A DNA stretch of 58,326 nt, filler included, from Catajapyx aquilonaris (Eukaryota): assembly GCA_000934665.2 (NCBI GenBank). It is 3 parts of 3 records of this genome, joined end to end, with 100 filler letters (N's around TTAATTAATTAA, not from the genome) between each part and the next. Parts side by side here need not be neighbours in the genome. Positions count along the whole stretch, not along the records: positions 19,453 to 38,883 come from KZ539544.1; 2 more parts are not named here. One strand, given 5' to 3'. Of this stretch, positions 25,013 through 37,340 are shown in pieces. The notes beneath the pieces are model-generated. The model was not told the DNA's origin. It saw only the letters and a program-made list of their open reading frames with translations, and did not search any database. Every line of letters begins with the position of its first letter. Position 1 is the first letter of the stretch. Made by a program: the position numbers and the translations under genes.

Positions 25013-26227
25013 TAGGACCAAATTAAGATCCTGATCAAAGTTGGAATCACAATGAGATTAAATTAAACCAAAGCAGGAGAAAAATTCCGTTCAATTAAGA
25101 TGAAAATTAGGATCAAAATGGAACATAAGTCGGGTCAAAATTGAAGTCAAATTTAGATCAAAATTTGAAACCCCCCTTCAAATATATACTCAAAATGTCT
25201 GCCATACTCAGCTAATCCTCACCTTTTTTCACATAACATGGAAGTAGTGAAGTGGCAGAATCAAGAGTCTCAAACCATTTGAAGCGCGTCATGTCGCACC
25301 CTAGTTGATCCAATCGGCTGTGGCATAATGTAGTGCCCCTCGCCCCTCCCATACCCAGCTGATCCACTCACAGTCGACTGCTTGGGAACGCGCTTGGATG
25401 AGGAGAGCTCAAGCTGAGCATAGGCCTCAGTGTTACCAATCCCAATCTCCTTTTTCTCTCAAAACACAAAAGTGCACTTACCCATCTTATCGGGTCAACA
25501 AAAATGTGACCTTTGACACCTGGACGAATCCGGTGAGTGACCTGAGGCCATGACAATGTCTTCCAGAGTTACTCAATTAAGGAATGGCAGATTGAGTCAC
25601 TTAAGTCCTGTCGCTTCTCTCCTGTCGGGAAGGAAGGGGAAGAGCAGGATCAGACAGGAAGAGAGGGAGAAGATGGGTAATGAATTTAGTCTCATTTCCG
25701 CCTGTCAGGTGGAGCCATTTCCTACTCCAGGACAAATGAGGATCACTCTGATTCAGTGGAATTAGCTCCAGAAGAGGTCAGCTGAAGAATCAGGAAGTCA
25801 AGGTAAAATCATGTTTGAAGGTCATGAGCACTATGAGCTGTATGATCCAGATCAAAATAACGGATCAAAATGACCCTTATCATACTGATCCTGATTAAGT
25901 ATAGGATTATACTGATTCGGATCAAACAGGTTCATACTGATCCGGTTCAAACGGATTATCTGGATCAAACACGCGATCAAATGGACGGTGTTAAGCAATA
26001 ATGTGTCAACCCACAAAAATGGAAAAGTTGAGCTAAGCCCAGGCACCTACTACCTTCAGTTAAAATCACGCTGGCGAAATCTGCATAAATGACCATAAAT
26101 AAGAGTCACAGGTATGATCTTCAAAGCCCCTTTTCTCAAAACTGTTCTCAATGTGGGTTGACTCATTATTCCACAACGCCGTCCAAATATCACTGGTATT
26201 CTGATATTAATGTGAAAGTAATGAGTT

Positions 26228-26563
26228 TTTTTTTAAATATATTTACCCCGTGATTGACCTGTTGGGTCTTTAGGGGGTGGTGGATTACCACCATTAGTAT
26301 TTTTGGAGCGAGTTTAAGAAGATCTTAATTAGTGTACTCCAAGGGTTGGTAGGAGGGGATGTGCAAAGTGCATGTGCGCTGTCGTTAATTGGTCATTTTG
26401 TGAACTCCCCCGGGTGGATTAGTCTTTAGGAAATTTCCACCCGAAATGAAGCCAGAGATGGCCCAACTCTGCACGGATAAAGGTGGGAACCCCGGGTGGG
26501 GATTGAACCCGGGACCTTCATATCCGTGGGCGCACGCGTTACCGCGACGCCACTTCATCTCCC
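26228..26563 (-). mobile_element. tRNA-derived SINE, family A
   Basis: Reverse-complement homology to 16713-17020; perfect 15-bp TSD TGAAAGTAATGAGTT. Confidence 0.92.
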
Positions 26564-26633
26564 TGAAAGTAATGAGTTGAATGAATTGAATTCGACTGAT
26601 CTGGATCAAACACGGATCATGCTGATCTGCCTT

Positions 26634-26772
26634 CCCAAGGAGAAACACCCTATCTACAAAACTAGTAAGGGTGAAACTCGCATGCATACCCTCCACTAAT
26701 CTCCCCTAACTCATGAAGGATTAGTGCAGGTCATCCCTTACTGGTTTTGCTGATAGGGCATTTCTCCTTGGG
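26634..26772. mobile_element. Palindromic MITE with CCCAAGGAGAAA termini (copy A)
   Basis: TIR CCCAAGGAGAAA / TTTCTCCTTGGG; core ACTAGTAAGGGTGAAA. Confidence 0.8.
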
Positions 26773-26816
26773 ACGGCCGTGATTTGGATCAAACACAGAT
26801 CATGATGATCTACCTT

Positions 26817-27714
26817 CCCAATGAGAAACACCCTATCTTTTTTTAAACTAGATATACCCCGTGCTAGAGCCATGGACTCTCTTAGGGGAGTGGAATACCA
26901 CTGAACTTAACTTTGTGGGGCTTAACGTCGGCCTATTTCTGCCTCTAAGGCTCAACACCGACGCCAGGGGGTGGTCCTCCTCCTGGAAATTTGGCCACTC
27001 TGGGGATCTTTAACGTGCACTCGCGCAATGACACAAGCACACGGGACCGACGGCTTTACTTCCCCTCCGCGGGAAGGCGCACTCTCACTTTCTACCACCA
27101 GGAGAAAAGTCACCGACCTTGGCCGGGTTCGAACCCACAACCTTGGGACCAGAGGCGAGCGCGCTAAACGCTAGTCCACCAAGGCCGGCTAGTGGAATAC
27201 CACTATGTGCAGGGACAGGGTAGGGATAGGAGGGGGACACACTGGTGCATGTGCAATGTCATCAAGTTGGAGGTCGTGTGTAGTCCCTCAACCAAGATGA
27301 CCCCCTAGATGCGAGTCAGAACCCCTCCACTGACCTGCACCTCCTCCAGGGCAGGGAAAGGAAGGATGCGGCTGTGTCCTATTTTACGGTACGATCCCGG
27401 AAATTTTTCCTGGAGTGACCATGGAAAACCAAGGTCAGGACCGCCGGCCTCCGGGACTCGAACCCAGGACCTCCCGATTAGCAGAAACACCCTATCTACA
27501 AAACTAGTAAGGGTGAAAGTCGCATGCATACCCTACACTAATTTCCTCTAACTCAGAGGGGATTAGTGTAGGGTATGCATGCGACTTTCACCCTTACTAG
27601 TTAGCAAAATAGGCCACAGCCGAATCCTTCCTTTCCCTGCCCTGGAGGAGGTGCGGGTCAGTGGGGAGTTTCTGACTCGCATCTAGGGAGGCATCTAGGG
27701 TGTTTCTCCTTGGG
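26817..27714. mobile_element. Same MITE (copy B) interrupted by a family-B SINE (26839-27482), which carries a nested SINE (26903-27190)
   Basis: TSD AGAAACACCCTATCT (26824, 27483) and TSD AGTGGAATACCACT (26889, 27191). Confidence 0.9.
26903..27190 (-). mobile_element. tRNA-derived SINE with Nin/Deu-like core
   Basis: Minus-strand B box GGTTCGAACCC; core GGGGAAGTAAAGCCGTCGGTCCC...GTGCACGTTAAAGATCCCC; tail GACGTTAAGCCCCAC; 14-bp TSD. Confidence 0.85.
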
Positions 27715-28578
27715 ACAGCAGCGGATCAAACACGGATCATGCTGCTCCGAATCAAACATAGGATCATACTCTGAACTAGGTTGAACTTCACCCCAACTTC
27801 CGAATATCCACTCTTTGTATATATCCTCCCAGAAAGGACGCCGCATAACTACATCACAAACCAGATCAAGCCCTTGATCCACATTCTCTCAAAACTGATT
27901 CAGCTCTTCTCCCTTAGACTCTTCCCCCCCCCCCCNCCCCCCAAAAAAAATCCCATTTCACACGTGGCCAAAATATCTACTTCACATTTCTTCTGTTCCA
28001 TTTCCTCTGTCTTCCATCTCCTTTTCCCATTGGCTCTACTCCCTCTTCTCCCTTTTGCCCTCTTCTCCCTCTTCTCCAACCCATATCTCCATCAAGGAGG
28101 ATGGATCTAGGGAATGACTTAATCCATGTCGAAATATTCAGTCCTTCGCCCGCTAGAGGGAAGCAGTTGAATCCGATAAACTGGGAGTAAATTGCATCAA
28201 CTTTTGGTGCGATTACCATTCCAGAGGACAACGAAGCTAATCCTTCCGCATGGACTGAAAACCAGGCCGATGATTGGGACTGGAGTGAGCGAATAGAGAA
28301 TCCCGGTTTTTATTGGAGGAATAAAGAGCGTTTAGTCTCTGTCGAAGTTTAAATAATTAATCTGAGATTAAAATCTAGTCCTATGTTGGTATCAATTAAG
28401 TTGTTAGGAGCAGGACATCCGGGGAATTTGCCAATTATATTATTGCATAGCTACTAGTGAACACCTTGCCTTAACTTGGCAAAGCCGCTTGTCCATGTAG
28501 TACCATACATCTTACATAGATGGCGCTTCTTGAGCACCAGGTTAGGAGGGTTCTATTACATCTTAGGAAGCAGTATTA

Positions 28579-29106
28579 TCTATACAGGGTGGTCCAAGTT
28601 CAAGTGTCGCTTTATAACGGCGATTAATAGCAGTGATTTTGCGATGACGTAGCAGCGACGCGTAAAATGTCCCACTTCGGCGCATCTTCGGCGCCATCGA
28701 AGTGGGCAATTTTAAACGTCGCTGCTGTCATCGTTAAGCGCTTCTATTAATCGCCGTCATAAAACGACACTTGAACTTGGACCACCCTGTATAAATAAAG
28801 CCTTTTGTGAGTCTGTCTGTCTGCCTCTCTGTCTGTCTGTCTGTCCGCCTGCCAACCGTCATTTGCCTGCCGTCTGTGCTCCACCCCCAGGCCGGGAGAG
28901 GATGGAGGTGTTGGGGGTTGACTACAGATAGCAGGCAAATAACGGTTGCCGTTATACAGGCGGGAGATGTTCAAGGTTTTGGAGTAGCAGGACCACAGAT
29001 GGTATTGGTGGCCGGACACACAGAAAGACAGACAGTGGACGGGGGTACTGGCAGGTGTTTTCCCTTCATTCATTTCTTCCCGGGCAACGCCGGGTGCCGC
29101 AGCTAG
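28579..29106 (+). mobile_element. Non-autonomous Helitron with a MITE inserted at its 5' end
   Basis: A|TCTATA start, (TGTC)n, 3' hairpin CCCGGGCAACGCCGGG and CTAG|T end. Confidence 0.85.
28585..28789. mobile_element. Tc1/mariner hairpin MITE (~205 bp)
   Basis: TIR CAGGGTGGTCCAAGTTCAAGTGTCG, TA TSD; near-identical copy at 35137-35343. Confidence 0.95.
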
Positions 29107-29117
29107 TATTATATATA

Positions 29118-29370
29118 ACCGAAGCAACTTGGTGTGGTGGTTAAGGAGCCCGACTGCTAATCGGGAGGTCCTGGGTTCGAATCTCGGGGCCGGGAACCCT
29201 GGCGGTGGTTTTCTGTGGGCTTCTATGGTCCCCCCAGGATAATTCCGGGGTGGTTTCTGTATAATAGGCCACAGCCGCTTCCTTCCCTATCCTTGGCCCC
29301 ATCCAATGGTGGTACTCCACCCCCCTAATGGAGCGCCGATTCTCCCAATGGGATATAAATAAATAAAAAT
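29118..29370 (+). mobile_element. tRNA-derived SINE, family B with the shared 3' module
   Basis: Head and core as 22565; tail TGGTGGTACTCCACCCCCTAA...ATATAAATAAA. Confidence 0.85.
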
Positions 29371-29788
29371 ATTATATTACATTATAGTGCAGTGTCTTAC
29401 GATACTAATCTCATTTTGATCCTCTCTCCAAAATCATTAACAATAAATGTGATATTTTTATTAATAATATTAGAGAGAGGATCAAGATGGGATTTGGATC
29501 CTCTCTACAATATTAATAGTTTAAAAAATGTCATATTTATTAATATTAATTTTGGAGAGACGATCAAAGATGAAGATCATTATTTGGATCAAGGTTATGA
29601 TGGCTAATATTGAACGAGTATCAGATATATTGATAGTAAAGTAGTTTATGCAGTTATTTATGTTTCGAAAGGGATTTGAGCTCAGTAAAACTGGTTTTAA
29701 GTATCACTGTTAAGGGGATCAGTAAACTGATCATGATCACCAGTAATAAAAAAAACTAATTTTAATTCTCTTCGAAGCGAGATCAGTG

Positions 29789-29955
29789 CTGCCGTCAGAT
29801 GTAAGAAGACCGTAACTCAAAAACTAGTAAGGGTGAAAGTCGCATGCATGCCCTGCACTAATCCCCCCTGACTCAGAGGGGATTTGTGCAGGGCGTGCAT
29901 GCGACTTTCCCCCTTACTAGTTTTTGAGTTACGGTCTTCTTACATCTGACGGCAG
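29789..29955. mobile_element. Palindromic MITE with CTGCCGTCAGATGTAAG termini
   Basis: Near-perfect fold-back; 4-bp TSD AGTG. Confidence 0.9.
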
Positions 29956-32944
29956 AGTGACCCTCAGGATCATGAGGATCAATGTACACAAATCAGAATT
30001 AATTGTCGTAATCAAAGGTAAGTCGTTCCTGATCCTTTGAGATCCCTTGATCCAGATCAGCAAGACGGGTGCGTTTGGGTGGCAGCCATGTGTCGTCTTC
30101 CATTATCATATCAAATTGATTCATTTGACGAATCGAACCCCGGCTCCTTATACACTTAAGGCGATGAGACAGCGGTGCAGACGACAGAAGGAGGAGGGGG
30201 AGGAGGGAAGATGGGGGGGAAGGAGCAAAAAGGGGAGTAGCTCATATTTCATGCAAATGTGAAAAACGGCTCTGAATTTGAATGCGACAGGTCGTGTTTG
30301 ATGTCAGCAGAAGGCCAGGCTGTATTTCCAGCTAGGAGTAGAGGGGAGAGGAGGGAGAAGAGGGGGAGGGATAGAGGGGAGGATGATGCTGCTTCTGTGG
30401 TGGAGTCAAATTGATTTTTTGGGTTCATCTTGAAACTAGTTTTTGAGCCAAATTTTACAAGGTTGTCCAACTACGACAGAATTGTCCACCAAACTGGCAA
30501 CCCCTATCCGTACGACACGGGGGACTCCATAAGGCTGGGATAGGAGTATCAAATATCTTGTTTAATTAATTATAATTATATTTGCAGGTGGACAGGGTGG
30601 TCACTATATGACCTGACCTCAACTGACAGCCAATGTCAGATTTTCTACTAGTTACAGCACAAGGATTATTGCGCGAGTACATGTGGCATATGCATTTGTG
30701 ACAGTTAACACACACTGAGGCCTGTTTATGACCTCAATTATTTTGGGATTACAAGTTATGGTCGAATAATCACCAGTGTTTTTGTTGCGTGCTCTTTGGA
30801 AGCCCTGACCTGGACAAGTTTATTAGGAGAATGATAATGCGAATCTTACTCATTAAAATTTTGGCTTATAACGAGACAACAATTTTCAGTTGTTAAAGAC
30901 GGTCGTAATTAGTCAAGTTTACTCTCTACGAGCCTTCATTAGCAGTAATTAATCACGGTGCAGGTACAGGGGGTGGAAATGGCAGGAAAGTTGAGGCACT
31001 CATTGTTTAAGAAGCGACAACAATATATATTACGGAAATTATTGTGCAAATTTTTGTAAATAATTTGGTCAGTTGTAGCGTTCAAATTATGTGAATAATT
31101 AACTACAATTTTTTTGTGTTCTTTAGCAAAATAGGGTAGAACTTATTTTCAAATGTATTTATAGTGCCTACTGTTTGTCCAACAATGGTGCATGATAGAA
31201 TTTTACATTTTTTCTCCAAAGTGTTCATTTATCGTGCTCATTGTTGACCAACGATCTTCTTAATTTTCACTATATTTTTATTTAAAAAATTCTGTGCTCA
31301 TTTAAAAAATCGACAACAATACATATTTGCAAAATTTTCACAACAATATATTATCCAAGCTATTTTTCCAACAATGCTGTGCCAAAATATTTGCCATTTT
31401 CGCTATTTTCTCCCACCAAAAATCATAAAGTACTGGTCCTAGTTCCTGACCAACAATGGTATGATTATTATCTGAAAATTTTTCAACGGTATTAATGGCT
31501 TTTATTATTTTAAAAAAATCAACAATATTTTCACAAAAAATTTATCCATGCTTTGTTTTCATCTCCTTTTTCAACAATGCTATTAATATGCCCAAAATGT
31601 TTACATTTTTTGCCGTTATCTCCTAACAAAAAATTATAAAATGCATTGTTCTTTACCAATTTTTTTAAAAAAAATTTCAAAAAAAGACCAAATTGCTTTT
31701 ATCGTTTAAAAAATCAACAATGATATATTTCACAAAAATTCATTCAATCTTTATTTTAATCTCCTTTTTCAACAATGCTATGCCCCCCCCCCCCNNNNNN
31801 NNNNNNNNNNNNNNNNNNNNNNNNNNNNNNNNNNNNNNNNNNNNNNNNNNNNNNNNNNNNNNNNNNNNNNNNNNNCCCCCCCCCCCCAAACGTGCCAAGT
31901 CGGTGAAGTTTATTACCTGTGCTGTAATGATATTGGTTTGCATTATAATGGTATTGGTTAGCATAATAATGTCAGTGGGTTTTCTGCACAAAGTTGTTGT
32001 CCAAGGCAATAATTATCAGCAGTGGTGCAAAAAAAAAAAGAAAGAGAGAGAGAGAGGGGGGATTATTTGCATATATAAATGCCCCGACCGCTGATTATAA
32101 TTGGGCTAAAATTTTAACAATTGAGTTAATGCCATGGATGTATAATAACAAACAATTATGCAGGGGGGGAGGAATTGTTTACATATAAATTTTAATTCAA
32201 TAACTTGCATAAACGAGGCCAGGTTTAGCACAACAAAGCTGAGTGCATGAGCGAGCCACTTTTTTTAACCTCATTGTTAATGAACTTTAAAATGTTGATG
32301 AAATTATTGTGTTAAGTATGATTCGCCACACTTTTATGCTCGATTGTTGCACATGATTCAATTTTATAAAAGCAATAATTTCGGAAATTTATTGTTGATT
32401 TCACAGTCGTGTTTACGTCACGAGCAGTATTATTTAATTAAGTCATTAAAATATATTTATTTCATAATTTTATGATTTTGTCAATGTCGTTTAAAATGGC
32501 TCTACATTTAAGAAATTAATAGAGAAAATAAAAATACGTAAATAAAATAATGAATAATAATATAGTAAAATATAATATGTAATAATTAAAACATGGAAAA
32601 TAAATTATTAATCAGTAAAATAAATAAGAAATAAAATGTGTATTGTAAACTGCACAAACACAATGAGTTAAATAAATAAATAAATATCTAAAGTGTAATA
32701 GGTGAAATATGTAAAACAAATTAGTAGAATAGACAAATTAATATGTATAAATGTGTAAAATAAAAAACTATACGGATAAATATAAATAAACAAAATCATA
32801 AATAAATTGCCAAAATACCACAATGCATAATAAGCAAAATTAAATAGTACATCAGAAAAATGAAGCAAAACATAAAATACCATCAATTTAAATGCATTTA
32901 AAATTTTAAAAGAATTAACGAGATTTATCTGCTATACATGCTCA

Positions 32945-33060
32945 TGACGTCACAATTATTTTTTTCCCTCCATAATTTTCCAACGGCAGCCAAACTGGCT
33001 GTGACGTCACTGAGTAATTCCGACCCGTATAAAACTTCAGGGCTCTTCATCTCGTCGTAG
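32945..33060 (+). promoter_or_regulatory. Candidate CRE + TATA core promoter
   Basis: TGACGTCA at 32945 and 33002, TGAGTAA at 33011, TATAAAA at 33028. Confidence 0.4.
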
Positions 33061-33639
33061 AGGGACCTTCACCCAAGCATTTAAAGTCACACCCACTCAA
33101 GTGGAAATAGAATCGGGATGGCCCCTCCCACTTTTTTCCAAAAAAAAACGAAAGAAAGAAAAAAGAAGTGGGCCAAAGAAATTTATCTGGTCGCGATCGC
33201 AGAACCCGGAGTGCAACGGCCCGGATGCAAGATTTACGGGCCAGGGATCCTCCAGCTACCGTGTAAGAAACGTCCTCCGATGCATGGTGAAGACCCTCAC
33301 ACCACCCTCCTTTCGGATATAAAAAAACGAAGAAAAAACGAAAAATCGTTTCTGATGCAAATCCGATGAAATTTATCATCAAAAGCAGGGGGAAAAATCA
33401 TTGAAAATGAATATTTTAATTCGTTCTGTCCGGTTGAGAAGTGAGGTTTATCAACTTTATTTTTGGGAAGGAATTTGTTCACACTTAATCCTATTCAAGA
33501 AGCTGGTAAAACATTAGGTTAAACAGAACAAACGAGAAATCGTTTTTGGAGCAAATGATAAAGCGGGAAAAACTACAGCGTGAATTCCCCATACCTACTA
33601 TAAAAAGACGACTGTCCCATCAGACCTTTTACCCACAAA

Positions 33640-34380
33640 AATTATGATAGTGACAAACAAACTATCAGAACCCATACAAACGACCAGAAAAATGACAAGA
33701 ACATATGAACAAACGACGAAAACTCGCGATGGCATTCATAAAGCGACCAATAGTAACTCGCGAAAACTGTAAAACAAACGATCAACATCTCTAAAAGCGG
33801 CGAAACAAAAGATGGCAATGATAACACTAACTAAATGCAAGAAAGCGTCAAAATAAACGGCAGTGGAAACGACAAACCAAACAATTGAAACACATAATAA
33901 CGACTAAGTAAACTCAAGGAAAGCAGCAAAATCCTAGAAAATACATGAAAACGACCAAAGAAGCGACACAAATTACAAACAAACCAAATTAATCCGCATA
34001 AACGACAAACGAAACTTTAAAACTACACAGGACAAACAGCAAACGACAAAACAAATCACATGAAAACCGCCAAATAAACGATAAAAACGACAAACCAAAC
34101 CAAATTAATTCACAAAAACGACAAAAAAACGATAAAACTATATAGGAGAAAGGAAAACGACAAGGAAAACGCCAAAAAGCCTACAAAACGACCAAACAAA
34201 CAAAACAACGAAACAAAGCGACCAAATAAACGATACAAACGACCAAATAAACGATAAGGAGACAAGGTAAACGGACAAAATCCCTAGAAAATTACAAAAC
34301 AAAGCACATGAAAACAACCAAATAAACGGCAAAACAACCGAAAATGCTCCCAAAAAAAAGACAATAAAACGAGCAATGCG
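33640..34380. repeat. A/C-rich low-complexity degenerate repeat (AAACGAC motif)
   Basis: Strongly strand-biased recurrent AAACGAC / AAATAAACG motifs. Confidence 0.8.
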
Positions 34381-34867
34381 TAGTTTGACCCAAACCCACT
34401 TAACACGTCACCAAAGGCGATAAAAAATCATCGCTTCTAAATATTTTAATCGCTCCCTTCTCCATACAGACAAGAAAACTGGGTTTGAAATATGAGCCCA
34501 TGTCTTTTCTCGAGAGGTTTTTTAGTCGTTGGTTGTCGATACGTGTGTCGCGTAGAATCGACAGGCGTGTCACCTCAGCACGTCGACGGGAGGCTACTTG
34601 CTAGGGTAAGGTTGGAGACTCATATTTCAAGGCGTGTTAAGGCAAGTTGTCCGATAGCCAGATGAGATAGAACCGGCTTCGCTTTTATGGCGGCACCAGG
34701 GAAAGACTGGGTCTCGCTTTACAAGGAAGAAAAGCAGGTGTAGTTGCCGCGTCTGGGTTATTGGCACGTATTTCATCTGGTCGATAAGTGGAGGCTATCA
34801 AGGTGCTTCAGGGTAGAGGGTAAACGGCCGGAGTTACCCGGATAAAAACAAGCGGTCTCTGAAAATG

Positions 34868-36790
34868 GGAAATACCCGAACTAGTAGGGTACTGCACGGA
34901 ATTACCCGAACTAGTACAGGTGCTTTGAGAGAGCAACAAGCTGACCCGGCCAATAAGGCCCTACAGCAAAAACCACTAGTCTACTGCACGGAATTACCCG
35001 AACTAGGACTGCACGGAATTACCCGAAGTACCGGAATAACGGTACGAAATTACCCGAAGTGTATCTGAAATTACAGTAATTACTCGAACTAGTGCGGAAA
35101 TATCTGAAGTAAGTTATAACTGTGCTACCACGTATACAGGGTGGTCCAAGTTCAAGTGTCGTTTTATACCGGCGATTAATAGCAGTGATTTTGCGATGAC
35201 GTAGCAGCGACGCGTAAAATGTCCCACTTCGGCGCATCTTCGGCGCCATCGAAGTGGGCAATTTTACACGTCGCTGCTACGTCATCGTTAAGCGCTTCTA
35301 TTAATCGCCGTTATAAAACGACACTTGAACTTGGACCACCCAGTATAGCTGTATGCTACGGGATTACCGGAAAGAATAATGTGCGAAAATACCCGACGTA
35401 TTACTGTATATAACCGTCCGGAATTACCCGAACTTTTAGTACACGGAAATACCCGAACTAGTATTGTACGTAAAAACCCGAATTACAGTAGTAAGGTTAC
35501 TGTACGGAATTACCCGAACTAATACTGAACGGCATTACCCGAACTAGTACTGTACGGAAATACGGAAATCTGTACTTTGAGGGAGCTACAAGCTGACCAG
35601 GTCAATGAGGTCCTACAGCAAAAACTAGTACTGCACGGAAATACCCGAACTAACACGCTCTACGGAAATACCCACAGTTTAATTGTACGGAATTACCCGA
35701 ACTAGTACTTTTAGAGATCAACAAGCTGACCCGGCCAATGAGGACCATATAGTAAAAGATACTAGTCTACTGTGCGGAATTGCCCGAGCTAGTGCTGTAC
35801 GGAAATACACGAACTAGTGCTGTACGGAAATACACGAACTAGTGCTGTACGGAAATACACGAACTAGTGCTGTACGGAAATACACGAACTATAGGACTGT
35901 ACGGAAATACCAGAACTATAGGACTGTACGGAATTACCCGAACGTATGAAATTTGAAGCTCCGCTCATAGTGTTTTTTGGGCCAATCAACTGATACTAAA
36001 AAATTTAAAAGCTAATTAAGGAACCTAAAAGACTAATGGGTTTCTCCTGAGTGGCCCTGAGGGCAGAGAATCCGATCCGAACAGGGTAACACGAAACGGT
36101 ACGACGGTACGGCTCTCTGGGCTTTTTCCCCCTGGAGCCTATTCTTCACCGGAAGTGGGAGGGGCATTCCGTATCCCTCTTGACAATCCAATCCTAGAGG
36201 AGGACACAAAACCCGGGTACAGACAACAAGGCCAATTTGTTCTCTTCCTTGTGGCTTAATTAGGCATGTCCTAATGCGACGGGGGTGTGTTTTCGAGGGT
36301 ATCGTGTGACCTCTGGGACTCGCGGTAAGAGTAAGGAAAGCAAAGGAAGCTAATGGTTCGGTCGAAACATATTCGACCGATTGTATATTTCCGTACATTT
36401 TTTACTTCGAGTAATTTGGTATACTTTTACTTCGGGTAGCTTCGGACATTGTTAGGGTAATTCCGCACATTTTTACTTAGGGTAATTCCTCACATTTTTA
36501 CTCCAAGTAATTCCACAGTTTTACCCAGGGTAAGTCCGTACTTGTTACGGCGGGTAATTCCGCATATTTTTAAAAAATCAGGTAGCTTCTGACATTGTTC
36601 GGGTAATTCTGTCCATTTTTTACTTCGGACAATTCCGTACATTTTAAAGTCGGGTATATCTTCTGATATTTTTCATGTAATTCACATTTTTACCGAGAAA
36701 AATTATGCAGTTTCATTATTTTAAGATAAGTCCGTTTACTTTTACTCCGGATAATTCAGATATTTCTTCCAGCTCAACAAAACTTCGGAT
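34868..36790. repeat. Fold-back structure built of opposed minisatellite arrays
   Basis: GGAATTACCCGAA motif array 34868-35942 and inverse TTCGGGTAATTCC array ~36385-36790. Confidence 0.8.
35137..35343. mobile_element. Tc1/mariner hairpin MITE, second copy
   Basis: Near-identical to 28585-28789; TA TSD. Confidence 0.95.
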
Positions 36791-36834
36791 GCAACCAACC
36801 GAATGCTGAACAAGGCTTTTGATGAGCAAGCAAT

Positions 36835-37165
36835 AACATATGAGTGGGTTAACAGCTTCGAAGGTGGCGCGTCAAGTTTGCAGCAAAATCAACTCAATGC
36901 TGATCCTTTTCTTTGACATTTTAGGAATTGTGCATATGGAGTTTCTCTCTCCTGGTAAAACTGTCAACGGCAAGTATCAGGGCCTACTGGGATGGTTTGA
37001 GACGATTTAGGCTCAAATGGCCGGAGATGTGGAAGAACATATAGACTGGTTGCTGCACCATATGGCAATGCCGCCTGCACACACCTCACGCGTAGTCAGG
37101 GACTTCCTGATAAAAAATAACATGACCACTGTTCCCCACCCTGCATATTCGTTTGTCCTGGCCAA
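36835..37165 (+). mobile_element. Mariner transposase fragment (frameshifted)
   Basis: SKINSMLILFFDILGIVHMEFLSPGKTVNGKY and WLLHH...PAHTSRVVRDFL..NNMTTVPHPAYS. Confidence 0.9.
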
Positions 37166-37340
37166 GGGGGTACTCACTTCGGTACTCCGGTGTACACCTG
37201 CAGTGGTACTCTTTGGTACTCTTTGGTACTCCTTGGTACTCCCTGGTGCTCCCTGGTGCTCCCAGACAATAAACAAATATGCCTCTAACTTCGGGAGCTT
37301 TTCCCGCTCGTGTCGTGCTTCCAATCCCAAGGGGCTTAAA

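Noticed and set aside
28190..28350. Trp/acidic short open frame (…NPSAWTENQADDWDWSERIENPGFYW…)
   Set aside because: No start codon or clear splice sites and no recognisable family
31782..31887. Long poly-C tract with Ns
   Set aside because: Ordinary sequencing gap in a homopolymer
34868..35942. Repeat array superficially like CRISPR
   Set aside because: Tandem degenerate minisatellite without unique constant-length spacers; eukaryotic context; no cas genes
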